Of a stretch of DNA of 64,000 nucleotides, positions 1 to 7,586 are shown one piece after another (the stretch's first letter is position 1; every line of letters begins with the position of its first letter). The DNA is from a virus, in IMG/VR virus record IMGVR_UViG_3300023179_000011, positions 64,001 to 128,000 of that record, one strand, 5' to 3'. The position numbers and the translations under genes were made by a program. The notes beneath the pieces were generated by a model. It was not told the DNA's origin. It saw only the letters and a list, made by a program, of their open reading frames with translations, and did no database searches.

Positions 1-498
1 CTCGATCTCCTCGCGGATGTGATCGGCGCCGCTCTTCTTCTCGGCCATGTCCTTCACCTTCCTTTTTGTGGTCTTCGTCGCCTTTGGCGATTCGACCGGG
101 TCATCGTCTTCGTCGGCCTCCACAGCGGAGTCGACAGTATCGTCAGAAACCTCGTCGCCGTCTTCTGGCGCATATTCGGTTTCATCGTCGTCAGCATCCG
201 CAATTTCGTCTTCGGGCAGTTTTGCTGCCGTCTCGCGGATGTCTTCATTACCTTCGTCTTCGTATTCGGTCTCTGCTTCAGCGTACGCAGCGTCGTCGTC
301 GACCGAATCCTCTTCAAGCTCGGCGTCGACGTCCGCGTCGACCTCCTCGTCGTCATAATCTTCTGGCGTTGCGAACCGCATCCGTGTGGCTCCTTTCTCC
401 TTCTTCTTCTCTTTCTCTGCAGGTGCCTTGCTGGTTGCGCCCGGCAGTGGTTTCCCCCACAGATTAGCCGGACTCACAAACTTTTCAGCCTTGGCCAT
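1..498 (-). CDS. Highly acidic (D/E-rich) hypothetical protein; its 3' end runs off the left window edge
   Basis: Read manually, not in the ORF track: ATG at 498 after AGGAGAGG gives MAKAEKFVSPANLWGKP...EDYDDEEVDADVDAELEEDSVDDD...KDMAEKKSGADHIREEIE with no stop down to position 1. Confidence 0.8.
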   Translation of the reverse strand, partial: MAKAEKFVSPANLWGKPLPGATSKAPAEKEKKKEKGATRMRFATPEDYDDEEVDADVDAELEEDSVDDDAAYAEAETEYEDEGNEDIRETAAKLPEDEIADADDDETEYAPEDGDEVSDDTVDSAVEADEDDDPVESPKATKTTKRKVKDMAEKKSGADHIREEIE

Positions 499-586
499 AG
501 CGTCCTCTCCTAAAGCGCCGCCAGTCGAAACACTTCGACAATGTGTGCGGCTAAATGAAAAATACACGGCCGAAAACAAAAATCAA

Positions 587-1006
587 CTAGCGTGACTTTT
601 TTCGGCGTCGCGGTTTCTTTTTAACCGCGAGTTTCGGCTGGGTTTTCGCGCCAATGTTGTATTTTGGCGGGACGACGCAATTCTGCTCGCGCAGTGTTCC
701 GTCATTTAAGTGGGGCCACTTTTCAAGCGAGTGGATCGCGCCGATTAGATTCCACGTGGCGTGCCCGAGATGGTCTTCAGACCGATCTCCGCCCAAGAAG
801 TTGTAGATGTGCGCAATGGCATGATTTAGTAGATCTGCCACCGGCATTCCATTTTCCCAGTTATAGGGACCAAACTTTTCTGCACCTTCGTTATAGGTTT
901 GTGCCAATGCGCGAAGACCTATTGGCGATATCAAGTCGTAGCGCACCGCGTCGCAATCTGCACTGCGTACGGCGCCTGTGGTGTACTCGTGGCGTTCGTT
1001 GCTCAT
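587..1006 (-). CDS. dATP/dGTP diphosphohydrolase-like domain protein (DUF5664-like)
   Basis: TGAVR..D...RYDLISP..L..LA..Y.EGAEKFG..NW..G....L.HA..H....L.G...EDHLGHA.WN pattern, recognised by eye. Confidence 0.75.
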   Translation of the reverse strand: MSNERHEYTTGAVRSADCDAVRYDLISPIGLRALAQTYNEGAEKFGPYNWENGMPVADLLNHAIAHIYNFLGGDRSEDHLGHATWNLIGAIHSLEKWPHLNDGTLREQNCVVPPKYNIGAKTQPKLAVKKKPRRRKKSR

Positions 1007-1326
1007 TCGAGAAAACTTTCTGGCCGAAAGGCGAAATAGAAACGCGGATCGTCGTTGAACGCAACTGTGCCTCGTACGCCGTCCACCTTGCGAATTACGT
1101 GCACATACGGCGGATCGAAGTGTGATACCTCGAACGTGTCGAGCAGTTGCGCACTATTCCAGACTTGTTCGCCGTATTGCGTTTGCAGTACGGTGCGGAT
1201 TTCATCTGGCCCGCGAAGGGCAATCTGGTCTTTGATAACATTGCGCAGCATTACGTGCCCAATGTCCAGCGGGATCTGCGCGGCAAGTTCTTTAGCTTTG
1301 GGTGGTGTCGGCATTTGGTTGTACAA
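1003..1326 (-). CDS. Conserved hypothetical protein
   Basis: Coupled to its neighbours. The YGEQVWNSAQLLDTFEV..F.PPYV.V.RK.DG.RG...F...PRFYF motif resembles hypothetical proteins I recall from Planctomycetota (not verified). Confidence 0.7.
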   Translation of the reverse strand: MYNQMPTPPKAKELAAQIPLDIGHVMLRNVIKDQIALRGPDEIRTVLQTQYGEQVWNSAQLLDTFEVSHFDPPYVHVIRKVDGVRGTVAFNDDPRFYFAFRPESFLE

Positions 1327-1690
1327 GCTTGTCCAGTTCTTCTTTCTGTTGTTTTATTTGCTCAGCGACATGCGCCGCGTACTGGTCAAGCATCCGAAGC
1401 TGTCCGACAAGATCTTTGTGCACGTCGACACTGAATAGCGAGAGCCGCCGAAGCAGCATAAGCAAGCTGGCGGTGAACGGCGGCTCTTTGCTGCGCAGAC
1501 TTAGAAGGCCGGGCGGCGCATTTTCTGGCTGCGAAGTCCACAAGGGCACAAGGGCAAGACCGTGTAATTCTGGCACGGCAGCCATGACTTCGTTGCAGAA
1601 TTCTTCTCCGCGCCGCATAAACTCTACGTCGAACGGTAAACGGTCAGATTGAATTTCAGGTTGCTGTTCAGGTTGCTGCGGCGTATCCAT
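1292..1690 (-). CDS. Hypothetical protein
   Basis: 132-aa ORF with AAGGA upstream and a coiled-coil-like C-terminus; same strand as its neighbours. Confidence 0.7.
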   Translation of the reverse strand: MDTPQQPEQQPEIQSDRLPFDVEFMRRGEEFCNEVMAAVPELHGLALVPLWTSQPENAPPGLLSLRSKEPPFTASLLMLLRRLSLFSVDVHKDLVGQLRMLDQYAAHVAEQIKQQKEELDKLVQPNADTTQS

Positions 1691-1703
1691 TAAACATCCT
1701 TTG

Positions 1704-2051
1704 TTACTGCGCGTAGCGCGATTCTTTTGGGAGCATGCCGTCGATTACGTTACCGAGGCGTGTCGCGGCGAGACTGTACACCACTACGCGAATGGCAGTC
1801 TCGACCATACCGCCAATTCCTGTTCCTGCCAATAGCAGCAAAAACAGGTAAAATGGCGCGTGATATGACTTGCAAAACGGGCAATTGATCAGCTCTAAAA
1901 GCTTTCCCTTTGCCGTATTGTAGGGTGTCACATCTTGGAGTGCTTGCGCGTATGCTCGCGCCGTTTCAAACAGCGACCCCTTATGCCACACTTCGATGAT
2001 TGCCCCGGCGGCAAGTGTGACCGCTAAAAAGTCTAGAGCAGTTATTGTCAT
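1704..2051 (-). CDS. Small membrane protein with CxxC (DUF1360-like)
   Basis: Two to three hydrophobic segments and the LELINCPFCKSYH motif. Confidence 0.6.
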   Translation of the reverse strand: MTITALDFLAVTLAAGAIIEVWHKGSLFETARAYAQALQDVTPYNTAKGKLLELINCPFCKSYHAPFYLFLLLLAGTGIGGMVETAIRVVVYSLAATRLGNVIDGMLPKESRYAQ

Positions 2052-2230
2052 CGCCGTCTGCGCTTAGGTTGATTTGCAGTGTAGCCGTTCATAAAACAAG
2101 CGCCGCTATAGATTGCGCCAGCGGCCATAAGCAAGCCGGCAATACCGACCTGCGACATTGAGCAAATACCGGCAAAAAGCATTAGAGCAACGTAACCTGA
2201 AAAAGTTGCGTGGGAATCTGACTGCGACAT
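2048..2230 (-). CDS. Small two-helix membrane protein
   Basis: Two hydrophobic segments, a basic tail (PKRRRR), and ATGA coupling with the next gene. Confidence 0.55.
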   Translation of the reverse strand: MSQSDSHATFSGYVALMLFAGICSMSQVGIAGLLMAAGAIYSGACFMNGYTANQPKRRRR

Positions 2231-2455
2231 TTATGGTGCCTGACTGTCGCCGTGCGGCCACACCTGTGTACGAGTTGTGTCCGGCGCGGCAGAATTGAAT
2301 TGATAGTAGGGTAGCGGCAACGGCGCCTCAAGTTTAAGATGGTTCACGGCATTATCCGGGAAGTAAACCTGCGGGCCGGGCCCGCGCCGGGTTCCTTCAA
2401 TGTAACGCTGTTTGCGTTCTTGATACAGTTTTGCAGAGCGTCCGACGTTAGCCAT
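2231..2455 (-). CDS. Hypothetical protein
   Basis: Start re-called to the ATG at 2455 behind GGAGG; abuts the downstream gene. Confidence 0.55.
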   Translation of the reverse strand: MANVGRSAKLYQERKQRYIEGTRRGPGPQVYFPDNAVNHLKLEAPLPLPYYQFNSAAPDTTRTQVWPHGDSQAP

Positions 2456-2471
2456 ATAACCTCCAATAGTA

Positions 2472-2506
2472 CGCGCTTGGGTCACCGTTTAGTATACCCA
2501 AGCGCG
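2472..2506. promoter_or_regulatory. 11-bp inverted repeat in the divergent intergenic region upstream of the terminase gene
   Basis: CGCGCTTGGGT (2472-2482) / ACCCAAGCGCG (2496-2506), 13-nt loop. Confidence 0.45.
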
Positions 2507-2675
2507 CACCGATCACTTGCGAGTTGTTTCTTTGACCGCCGCCGCAGCAACTTGACACATGTAACCAAGCACATTTGCCAGTCCCGCGAGGCCGTAAACG
2601 AAAACATGCCCCGTATATTTGAGGCTGTCTTCGACCCATTGAAACTCTGACTCGCTACCGCTGTTATTGTGGTTC

Positions 2676-4592
2676 ATGGATAAACCTGATCAAACAATTA
2701 TTGAAGCAATTGACATGCCTTCCACGGGCGTGCAAGCACTTCTACAAGAATTAATCTCTATCGACGTGACGGATGTGCAGTCTGTTCACGCGCGCGCTGC
2801 AGTTTTGCAGCAGCTCGCGGGGCAGCACGCGTTTCCATCACTCGAACCTATTTTGCCGTTGGTTCTGAATCTAAATGGACGCCCGTACAGTATTCAGAAC
2901 CATATGCCTTTTTCCCCACTTTTTCGGCTGCTGACGCCGAAAAATCAGGTGTGGTGTACGGGACGTCAGGTATCAAAATCGACCAGCCTAGCAGCGCACG
3001 GAGTTGTTGTTGCCAACTCTATCCCGTTTTTCAAAACGTTATTCATTACACCGCTATACGAACAGATACGGCGGTTTTCAAATAATTACGTTCGTCCGTT
3101 TATCGATCAGTCCCCTGTGAAGTCGCAATGGAGCGGCACGACTACCGAGAATTCAGTTCTGCAAAGATCTTTTAAGAACAACTCAATGATGTTGTTCAGC
3201 TTTGCGCTTTTGGATGCGGATCGTGTGCGTGGTGTTTCTGCAGACCGCGTGTGTATTGACGAAGTTCAGGATATGGATCCCGATCACGTGCCAATCATTC
3301 AAGAAACGATGTCTTACTCCAGATGGGCGACTAGTTATTACACAGGAACTCCGAAGACCCTTGATAACTTAATTTACGGATTGTATAAACGATCATCACA
3401 GGCCGAATGGTTTATACCTTGTCACTCTTGCAAGCATTGGAGCATTCCAGCGCTTGAGTATGACTTAGATAAAATGATCGGCCCATACAGCGTTCATATC
3501 AGCGAGAAGTATCCCGGCACCGTCTGCGCTAAATGTCAGAAACCGATCAGCCCAAGGCATGGTCGGTGGGTGCATAGATATCCCGAACGCCGCTGGCAAT
3601 TTGCCGGGTATCACGTACCACAGATGATACTGCCGCTTCATTTCTCTGACCCTGAAAAGTGGTCAACTCTATTGTTGAAGAGAGAGGGTTTTGGGAATAT
3701 GACCCAAGCCCAGTTCTACAACGAAGTAATGGGAGAAAGCGTCGATACCGGTCAGAAGCTCATCAGCGAAACTGATTTGAAGGCTGCGTGCGTGCTAGAC
3801 TGGGAAAACAAGAAAGAACCAGACCCTAAATGCTTTACAAATCTCTCGCAATACAAACATCGCATTCTCGCGATCGACTGGGGCGGCGGCGGAGAAGCAG
3901 GTATTAGTTTCACCGTGCTTGCTGTGCTGGGGTTCCGCCCGGATGGGACTATCGACACGCTGTGGGCCAAGCGCCTGCTTATCGGCGGCGATCATTTGGC
4001 CGAAGCTGTTGAATGTATGCGCTGGTCTAACTTGTTTAATTGCGATTTTGTCGCTCACGATTACACCGGTGCCGGCACGGTCCGCGAAACAGTCATGGTG
4101 CAGGCAGGGTTTAACCTAGAGCGAGTCATGGCCATGCGGCTTGTTCGTTCCGCATCCCAAGATTTGATGGTCTTCAAACCACCTACAGAAATCAATCATC
4201 GAGCGCACTATAGCCTCGACAAAACGCGGTCGTTGCTGTACACGTGTCAGGCGATCAAACTGAAGCAAGTCCGTTTCTTCCAGTATGACTGGTCGTCGCA
4301 GGACTCGCCGGGCTTGGTGTCGGACTTTCTTGCGTTGGTTGAAAATAAAGCCGAGTCTAGACTAGGCGGCGATATTTATACCATTACAAGGAACACGTTG
4401 TTGACTGACGACTTCGCGCAAGCTGTTAACCTAGGCTGCGCCGCTCTTTGGCACGTGAATAACGCGTGGCCCAATTTCGCGGAGATCGCTGGCGTAGCGC
4501 GGTTAAGCGAGCGTACTGTCAAGGCAGAGACGCCCGTAGATGACGACTGGGCGGATGACCCCATCGGACGAAACTATTTCGGCGGATACTAG
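2676..4592 (+). CDS. terL: Terminase large subunit (lambda gpA-like ATPase/nuclease)
   Basis: Walker A-like TGRQVSKST, Walker B VCIDEVQD, motif TGTPKT, Zn ribbon CHSC...CAKC, QFYNEVMGE, and RNase H-like LAIDWGGG ... DDFAQA. Confidence 0.9.
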   Translation: MDKPDQTIIEAIDMPSTGVQALLQELISIDVTDVQSVHARAAVLQQLAGQHAFPSLEPILPLVLNLNGRPYSIQNHMPFSPLFRLLTPKNQVWCTGRQVSKSTSLAAHGVVVANSIPFFKTLFITPLYEQIRRFSNNYVRPFIDQSPVKSQWSGTTTENSVLQRSFKNNSMMLFSFALLDADRVRGVSADRVCIDEVQDMDPDHVPIIQETMSYSRWATSYYTGTPKTLDNLIYGLYKRSSQAEWFIPCHSCKHWSIPALEYDLDKMIGPYSVHISEKYPGTVCAKCQKPISPRHGRWVHRYPERRWQFAGYHVPQMILPLHFSDPEKWSTLLLKREGFGNMTQAQFYNEVMGESVDTGQKLISETDLKAACVLDWENKKEPDPKCFTNLSQYKHRILAIDWGGGGEAGISFTVLAVLGFRPDGTIDTLWAKRLLIGGDHLAEAVECMRWSNLFNCDFVAHDYTGAGTVRETVMVQAGFNLERVMAMRLVRSASQDLMVFKPPTEINHRAHYSLDKTRSLLYTCQAIKLKQVRFFQYDWSSQDSPGLVSDFLALVENKAESRLGGDIYTITRNTLLTDDFAQAVNLGCAALWHVNNAWPNFAEIAGVARLSERTVKAETPVDDDWADDPIGRNYFGGY

Positions 4593-4939
4593 AAAATCCG
4601 CCAGCAATAGTCTTCGATAAATTTTTTCATCGGACGGTGGTCACGAATCTTTGCGTTCTCGATAACGTCGATTACTTCGCGCGCCGCGTCAGCCAGCGCC
4701 GCCGCAGCTTCCGTACAATCCATAGACGAGTCGTATAGGTCCCAACCGGCGCCCGACCGGGGTATTGCCGGTTCTTTGCCTTCAAACGCGTCAGCAATCA
4801 GTCGCTGAAACACGCCGTCCGGTTCAGTGTCGAGCGCGCCGAACTGCCGGTACTTTGTCTGAGTGTGCTCAAATCGCCGAATCGCTTCTTGAAGTTTCTC
4901 CACCGTCAGCGTCATTGGAGTCATTAATAGAGTTGACAA
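4589..4939 (-). CDS. Hypothetical protein
   Basis: 116-aa ORF converging on terL; the true start may be a downstream Met. Confidence 0.65.
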   Translation of the reverse strand: MSTLLMTPMTLTVEKLQEAIRRFEHTQTKYRQFGALDTEPDGVFQRLIADAFEGKEPAIPRSGAGWDLYDSSMDCTEAAAALADAAREVIDVIENAKIRDHRPMKKFIEDYCWRIF

Positions 4940-5357
4940 GCTCCATTCCCTTTTCGGTTATTGAGAAGTTGAAATCGTTTTTCTCGCAGTCGTACTCGGC
5001 GTCGAGAAAACCGCGCTGCACACCGACGCGCATGACGTTCGATATGACGCGCGCACCAAGCGCACGAAATAGTCGAAGCATTTTTGTCTTGTACTCTTCG
5101 AACGAGTTGGCGCCGATACCGTACGCGCCGTCGGCTTGCACGTCCGACAGCTCGCGCACGATTTGTTCGACTTCCCAGACTTCCAAAAACTGTCGCTGGT
5201 ACTCAAGCGAACATTCACTTTCGGTCGGCTCTTCGTTCTGCAGCTTGGCTATAAAACCGGCGAACATGATTAAAACGTGATCGCGCAGATCTTCGATCGA
5301 CCCGCAAATACGCCGCGCGGGTTGTTCTTCGTTTTCGTCTTCGTAGTCTTCGAACAT
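4869..5357 (-). CDS. Hypothetical protein
   Basis: Start re-called to the ATG at 5357 (GAGGT RBS, MFEDYEDENEE). Confidence 0.65.
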   Translation of the reverse strand: MFEDYEDENEEQPARRICGSIEDLRDHVLIMFAGFIAKLQNEEPTESECSLEYQRQFLEVWEVEQIVRELSDVQADGAYGIGANSFEEYKTKMLRLFRALGARVISNVMRVGVQRGFLDAEYDCEKNDFNFSITEKGMELVNSINDSNDADGGETSRSDSAI

Positions 5358-5364
5358 GACTACC

Positions 5365-5679
5365 TCAAGCCGTCTCTGCGGCCAGACGAGCGGTAGCGAG
5401 CGCGGCGTCGTAATTGCCGCGCGCAATCATACGCGCGTGAGCAGCGTCGCGGCACTGCCCTAGATAATCGGAGTAGTCGGAATCAGTGTTGACGAGCGCT
5501 TCCGCCGAGCTGAAGCTGTGCGGCTTGCCCGTGAGCGGATTGTCGCCGCTCTTCATGATTCGCTCGACCGCCGCCATCTTGACGGAAATCCTGTTGTCCT
5601 CAAGCTCCGACTCGCGGCGCACAGCGTCAGCGAGGGCCGCCGCTGCGGCGATAATGTTATCAGCAAAGTTCTTAGCCAT
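5365..5679 (-). CDS. Hypothetical helical protein
   Basis: AAGGA RBS; Ala-rich 104-aa ORF. Confidence 0.7.
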   Translation of the reverse strand: MAKNFADNIIAAAAALADAVRRESELEDNRISVKMAAVERIMKSGDNPLTGKPHSFSSAEALVNTDSDYSDYLGQCRDAAHARMIARGNYDAALATARLAAETA

Positions 5680-5695
5680 GATAATTCCTTACGTG

Positions 5696-6118
5696 TTAAA
5701 GAGTATGCCTTCTACGAAAACCGTGATCTAATTCCATTTGCCGCGCATCAACTGGCTCGGCGTCTGGGTGTTTTTCTTTGACGTGCATGCTCAGCGCTAC
5801 CGCTGAACGAAATTTTGTTTTGCACGTGTCGCAGCTAAACGGCTTTTCACCAAGATTAGCTGCGGCTACTTTTTCTGCTTTTTTGTACGAGCAACCTGTG
5901 CGGCGTTTGTAGCTTTCTTCAATTTCCATTAACCCGCCACCGCAAGCGTTGCATCGCGGCGCCGCGGCGCGCTGCGTTTCAAGAAATCCAACATAGTTGA
6001 GCTTGTTGCACGAGATGCAGCGCATGCTGATTAGATTGTGCCCCGTGAGAAGCACGCTGCGCTTGCCGTCGCCGGCCGCGCTTTTTCCACCGAAATCGTT
6101 TATTCGTTTTCGGGCCAT
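5696..6118 (-). CDS. Zinc-finger protein (C4 ribbon plus classical C2H2)
   Basis: CISC...CNAC followed by FSCDTCKTKFRSAVALSMHVKEKH (F-x-C-x2-C-x3-F-x5-L-x2-H-x4-H). Confidence 0.75.
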   Translation of the reverse strand: MARKRINDFGGKSAAGDGKRSVLLTGHNLISMRCISCNKLNYVGFLETQRAAAPRCNACGGGLMEIEESYKRRTGCSYKKAEKVAAANLGEKPFSCDTCKTKFRSAVALSMHVKEKHPDAEPVDARQMELDHGFRRRHTL

Positions 6119-6357
6119 TGTTGGCGTTCTTGCCTCGTAGGAATCCTTTTAGGGTACTTCTCGGGATGACAGACCTGACAGCGCGCGCGAGTGCATCCGC
6201 CGCAGCGCAAAGCTTTACGATAGTGGCCGTCATCAATAACGTGCGCCGGTTTGCCGTCTTGCAGGCTTTGCCGCCACGCATCCATACCGGCGTTAATCTG
6301 TTTACGCTGTTTGATTCGGCGTTCGATGATATGTTTTTCAGCGTGGTAACGTTTCAT
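6100..6357 (-). CDS. Small basic Cys-cluster protein
   Basis: HYRKALRCGGCTRARCQVCHPEK motif. Confidence 0.65.
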   Translation of the reverse strand: MKRYHAEKHIIERRIKQRKQINAGMDAWRQSLQDGKPAHVIDDGHYRKALRCGGCTRARCQVCHPEKYPKRIPTRQERQQWPENE

Positions 6358-6360
6358 GTT

Positions 6361-6813
6361 TTACCTGCCGTCTGTTTCGCAATAGATTACAAATGTGCAG
6401 CCGCACTGTTGCGCAAGTTTTACGACGTTTGGCGCGTACACAGAGACGATTTTTGTTTTGTCTATTTTGTTATCAGCGATTAACGCCAAAAGACCCAGCT
6501 TTGCAATTCCGCGTCGCCGGTATTCGGGGTCTACAAAACACTCGACTGTTTGTACAACTGTCGGGCGGCCTTTGAAATTTTCGGTCCACGGGCGCGTTCC
6601 AACCCAGCCGGCTAGTGTTTCGTCTACCCAGATAAGCGCAAGCGCCATTTCTGGATGCGGCTGCGCGTGATTGACGTGCAGATAACGCTTAGCGAGTTCT
6701 TTTTGAATTGAGCTGTCGCTGCCAGAATCGGGCCACGACAATCTTGTCATGATTGCCGTCACATCGACCAGACCCAGCCGGTTGATGTCTTTGATTTTGA
6801 TAACAAATTCCAT
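6361..6813 (-). CDS. GNAT-family N-acetyltransferase
   Basis: Acetyl-CoA motif A, VECFVDPEYRRRGIA; start re-called to the ATG at 6813 behind GGAGG. Confidence 0.75.
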   Translation of the reverse strand: MEFVIKIKDINRLGLVDVTAIMTRLSWPDSGSDSSIQKELAKRYLHVNHAQPHPEMALALIWVDETLAGWVGTRPWTENFKGRPTVVQTVECFVDPEYRRRGIAKLGLLALIADNKIDKTKIVSVYAPNVVKLAQQCGCTFVIYCETDGR

Positions 6814-6817
6814 GGCA

Positions 6818-6831
6818 GGTCCTCCGTGACC
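6818..6831 (-). promoter_or_regulatory. Putative CsrA/Rsm operator hairpin over the GNAT RBS
   Basis: mRNA GGUC-ACGGAG-GACC, 4 nt before AUG. Confidence 0.6.
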
Positions 6832-6851
6832 AACCATGGAGTATACATTAG

Positions 6852-7055
6852 CGCGGTAGGCGGGAGTCGAACCCGCTGCAGTAGATTTTCGGCCCGTCCG
6901 TCATTTCGGCAATTAAGTATGCGCACTTTTGCACACCGGAGATCAGTCCGGCGGTAAATCACTCGCTCGCATACACCGGCTTCGTCCGCTCAGGTGATCA
7001 ACCCATATCCGTCTACTGCATCAAGCGTTAAGCGCGCGCCCCGCGCATCTACCGC
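6852..7055 (-). ncRNA. 204-nt tRNA-like structured RNA with a 126-nt inserted domain
   Basis: Acceptor GCGGTAG (7055-7049) / CTACCGC (6859-6853) plus G73; T-arm GCGGG-TTCGACT-CCCGC (6876-6860); 9-bp helix TGCAGTAGA (7020-7012) / TCTACTGCA (6885-6877); starts 4 nt after tRNA-Thr. Confidence 0.7.
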
Positions 7056-7059
7056 AAAG

Positions 7060-7130
7060 AGCCCCCAGAAGGAATCAAACCCTCATCGGCTGATTACAAA
7101 TCAGCTGCATTATCATTATGCTATGGGGGC
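7060..7130 (-). tRNA. trnT: tRNA-Thr (UGU), no encoded CCA
   Basis: GCCCCCA/TGGGGGC acceptor, GCAT/ATGC D-stem, GCTGA-TTTGTAA-TCAGC anticodon arm, GAGGG-TTTGATT-CCTTC T-arm. Confidence 0.88.
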
Positions 7131-7586
7131 AGTTATTAAACCCGCGGGCCAGTAGTATGGCAAATCGATTGGCTCCCGCCAACCGAACCGCGAATAGTGG
7201 CGAAAGTCTTTGCGCAATAAGTTGCTGCGATGACTGGCGTGAAACCGTGCGTCGCCAAACCAATGTGGGTAGCGATTGTGCTCTGTTTCGGGGCGGAGTT
7301 TGTGATAAACATCCATAAACTGCGCGAGAAGAGTGTCTTTAAAGCCGCGACGGCGCCACTCACGGCAGATCACAATTGCATAAACAGCGAGTTGTAATTC
7401 ATATCCCGCCCACATGCGGACTGCAGGATGATTGCGCCATCCGCGTTTGCCGGGTGTATGCTCACCTACTGAGACGCCTAAACATAGAAGCGTTTGTTTG
7501 CATTCAAGTCGTTGTTTTCCGGTTCTTCTATTATCAAGCACAGCCGCCGACGCGCGAAAACTCGGTAACGGCAAAAACGTGTTCAA
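7116..7586 (-). CDS. Pyrimidine-dimer DNA glycosylase-like protein (MSMEG_6728-like family)
   Basis: TTG start overlapping the HNH stop (TTGA): MNTFLPLPSFRASAAVLDNRRTGKQRLE...W.NHPAVRMW.GY...H.SHRSNLLRKD..HY..FGW.....PY.WP. Confidence 0.8.
   Translation of the reverse strand: MNTFLPLPSFRASAAVLDNRRTGKQRLECKQTLLCLGVSVGEHTPGKRGWRNHPAVRMWAGYELQLAVYAIVICREWRRRGFKDTLLAQFMDVYHKLRPETEHNRYPHWFGDARFHASHRSNLLRKDFRHYSRFGWREPIDLPYYWPAGLITAPIA

Noticed and set aside
54-356. Track ORFs over the acidic gene (54-356 minus; 19-513, 47-358 and 66-467 plus)
   Set aside because: Alternative frames of the D/E-rich gene 1-498, which has the RBS.
6759-6962. 67-aa ORF across the tRNA-like RNA
   Set aside because: No RBS, it overlaps the GNAT start, and the region is better explained by RNA structure.
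6852-7055. Canonical tmRNA, tRNA-Ser(UGA) or hammerhead-containing RNA
   Set aside because: No G3.U70/A73 and too short for a standard tmRNA; the CTTGATG loop lacks a paired anticodon stem; no CUGANGA core. Kept only as a tRNA-like RNA.
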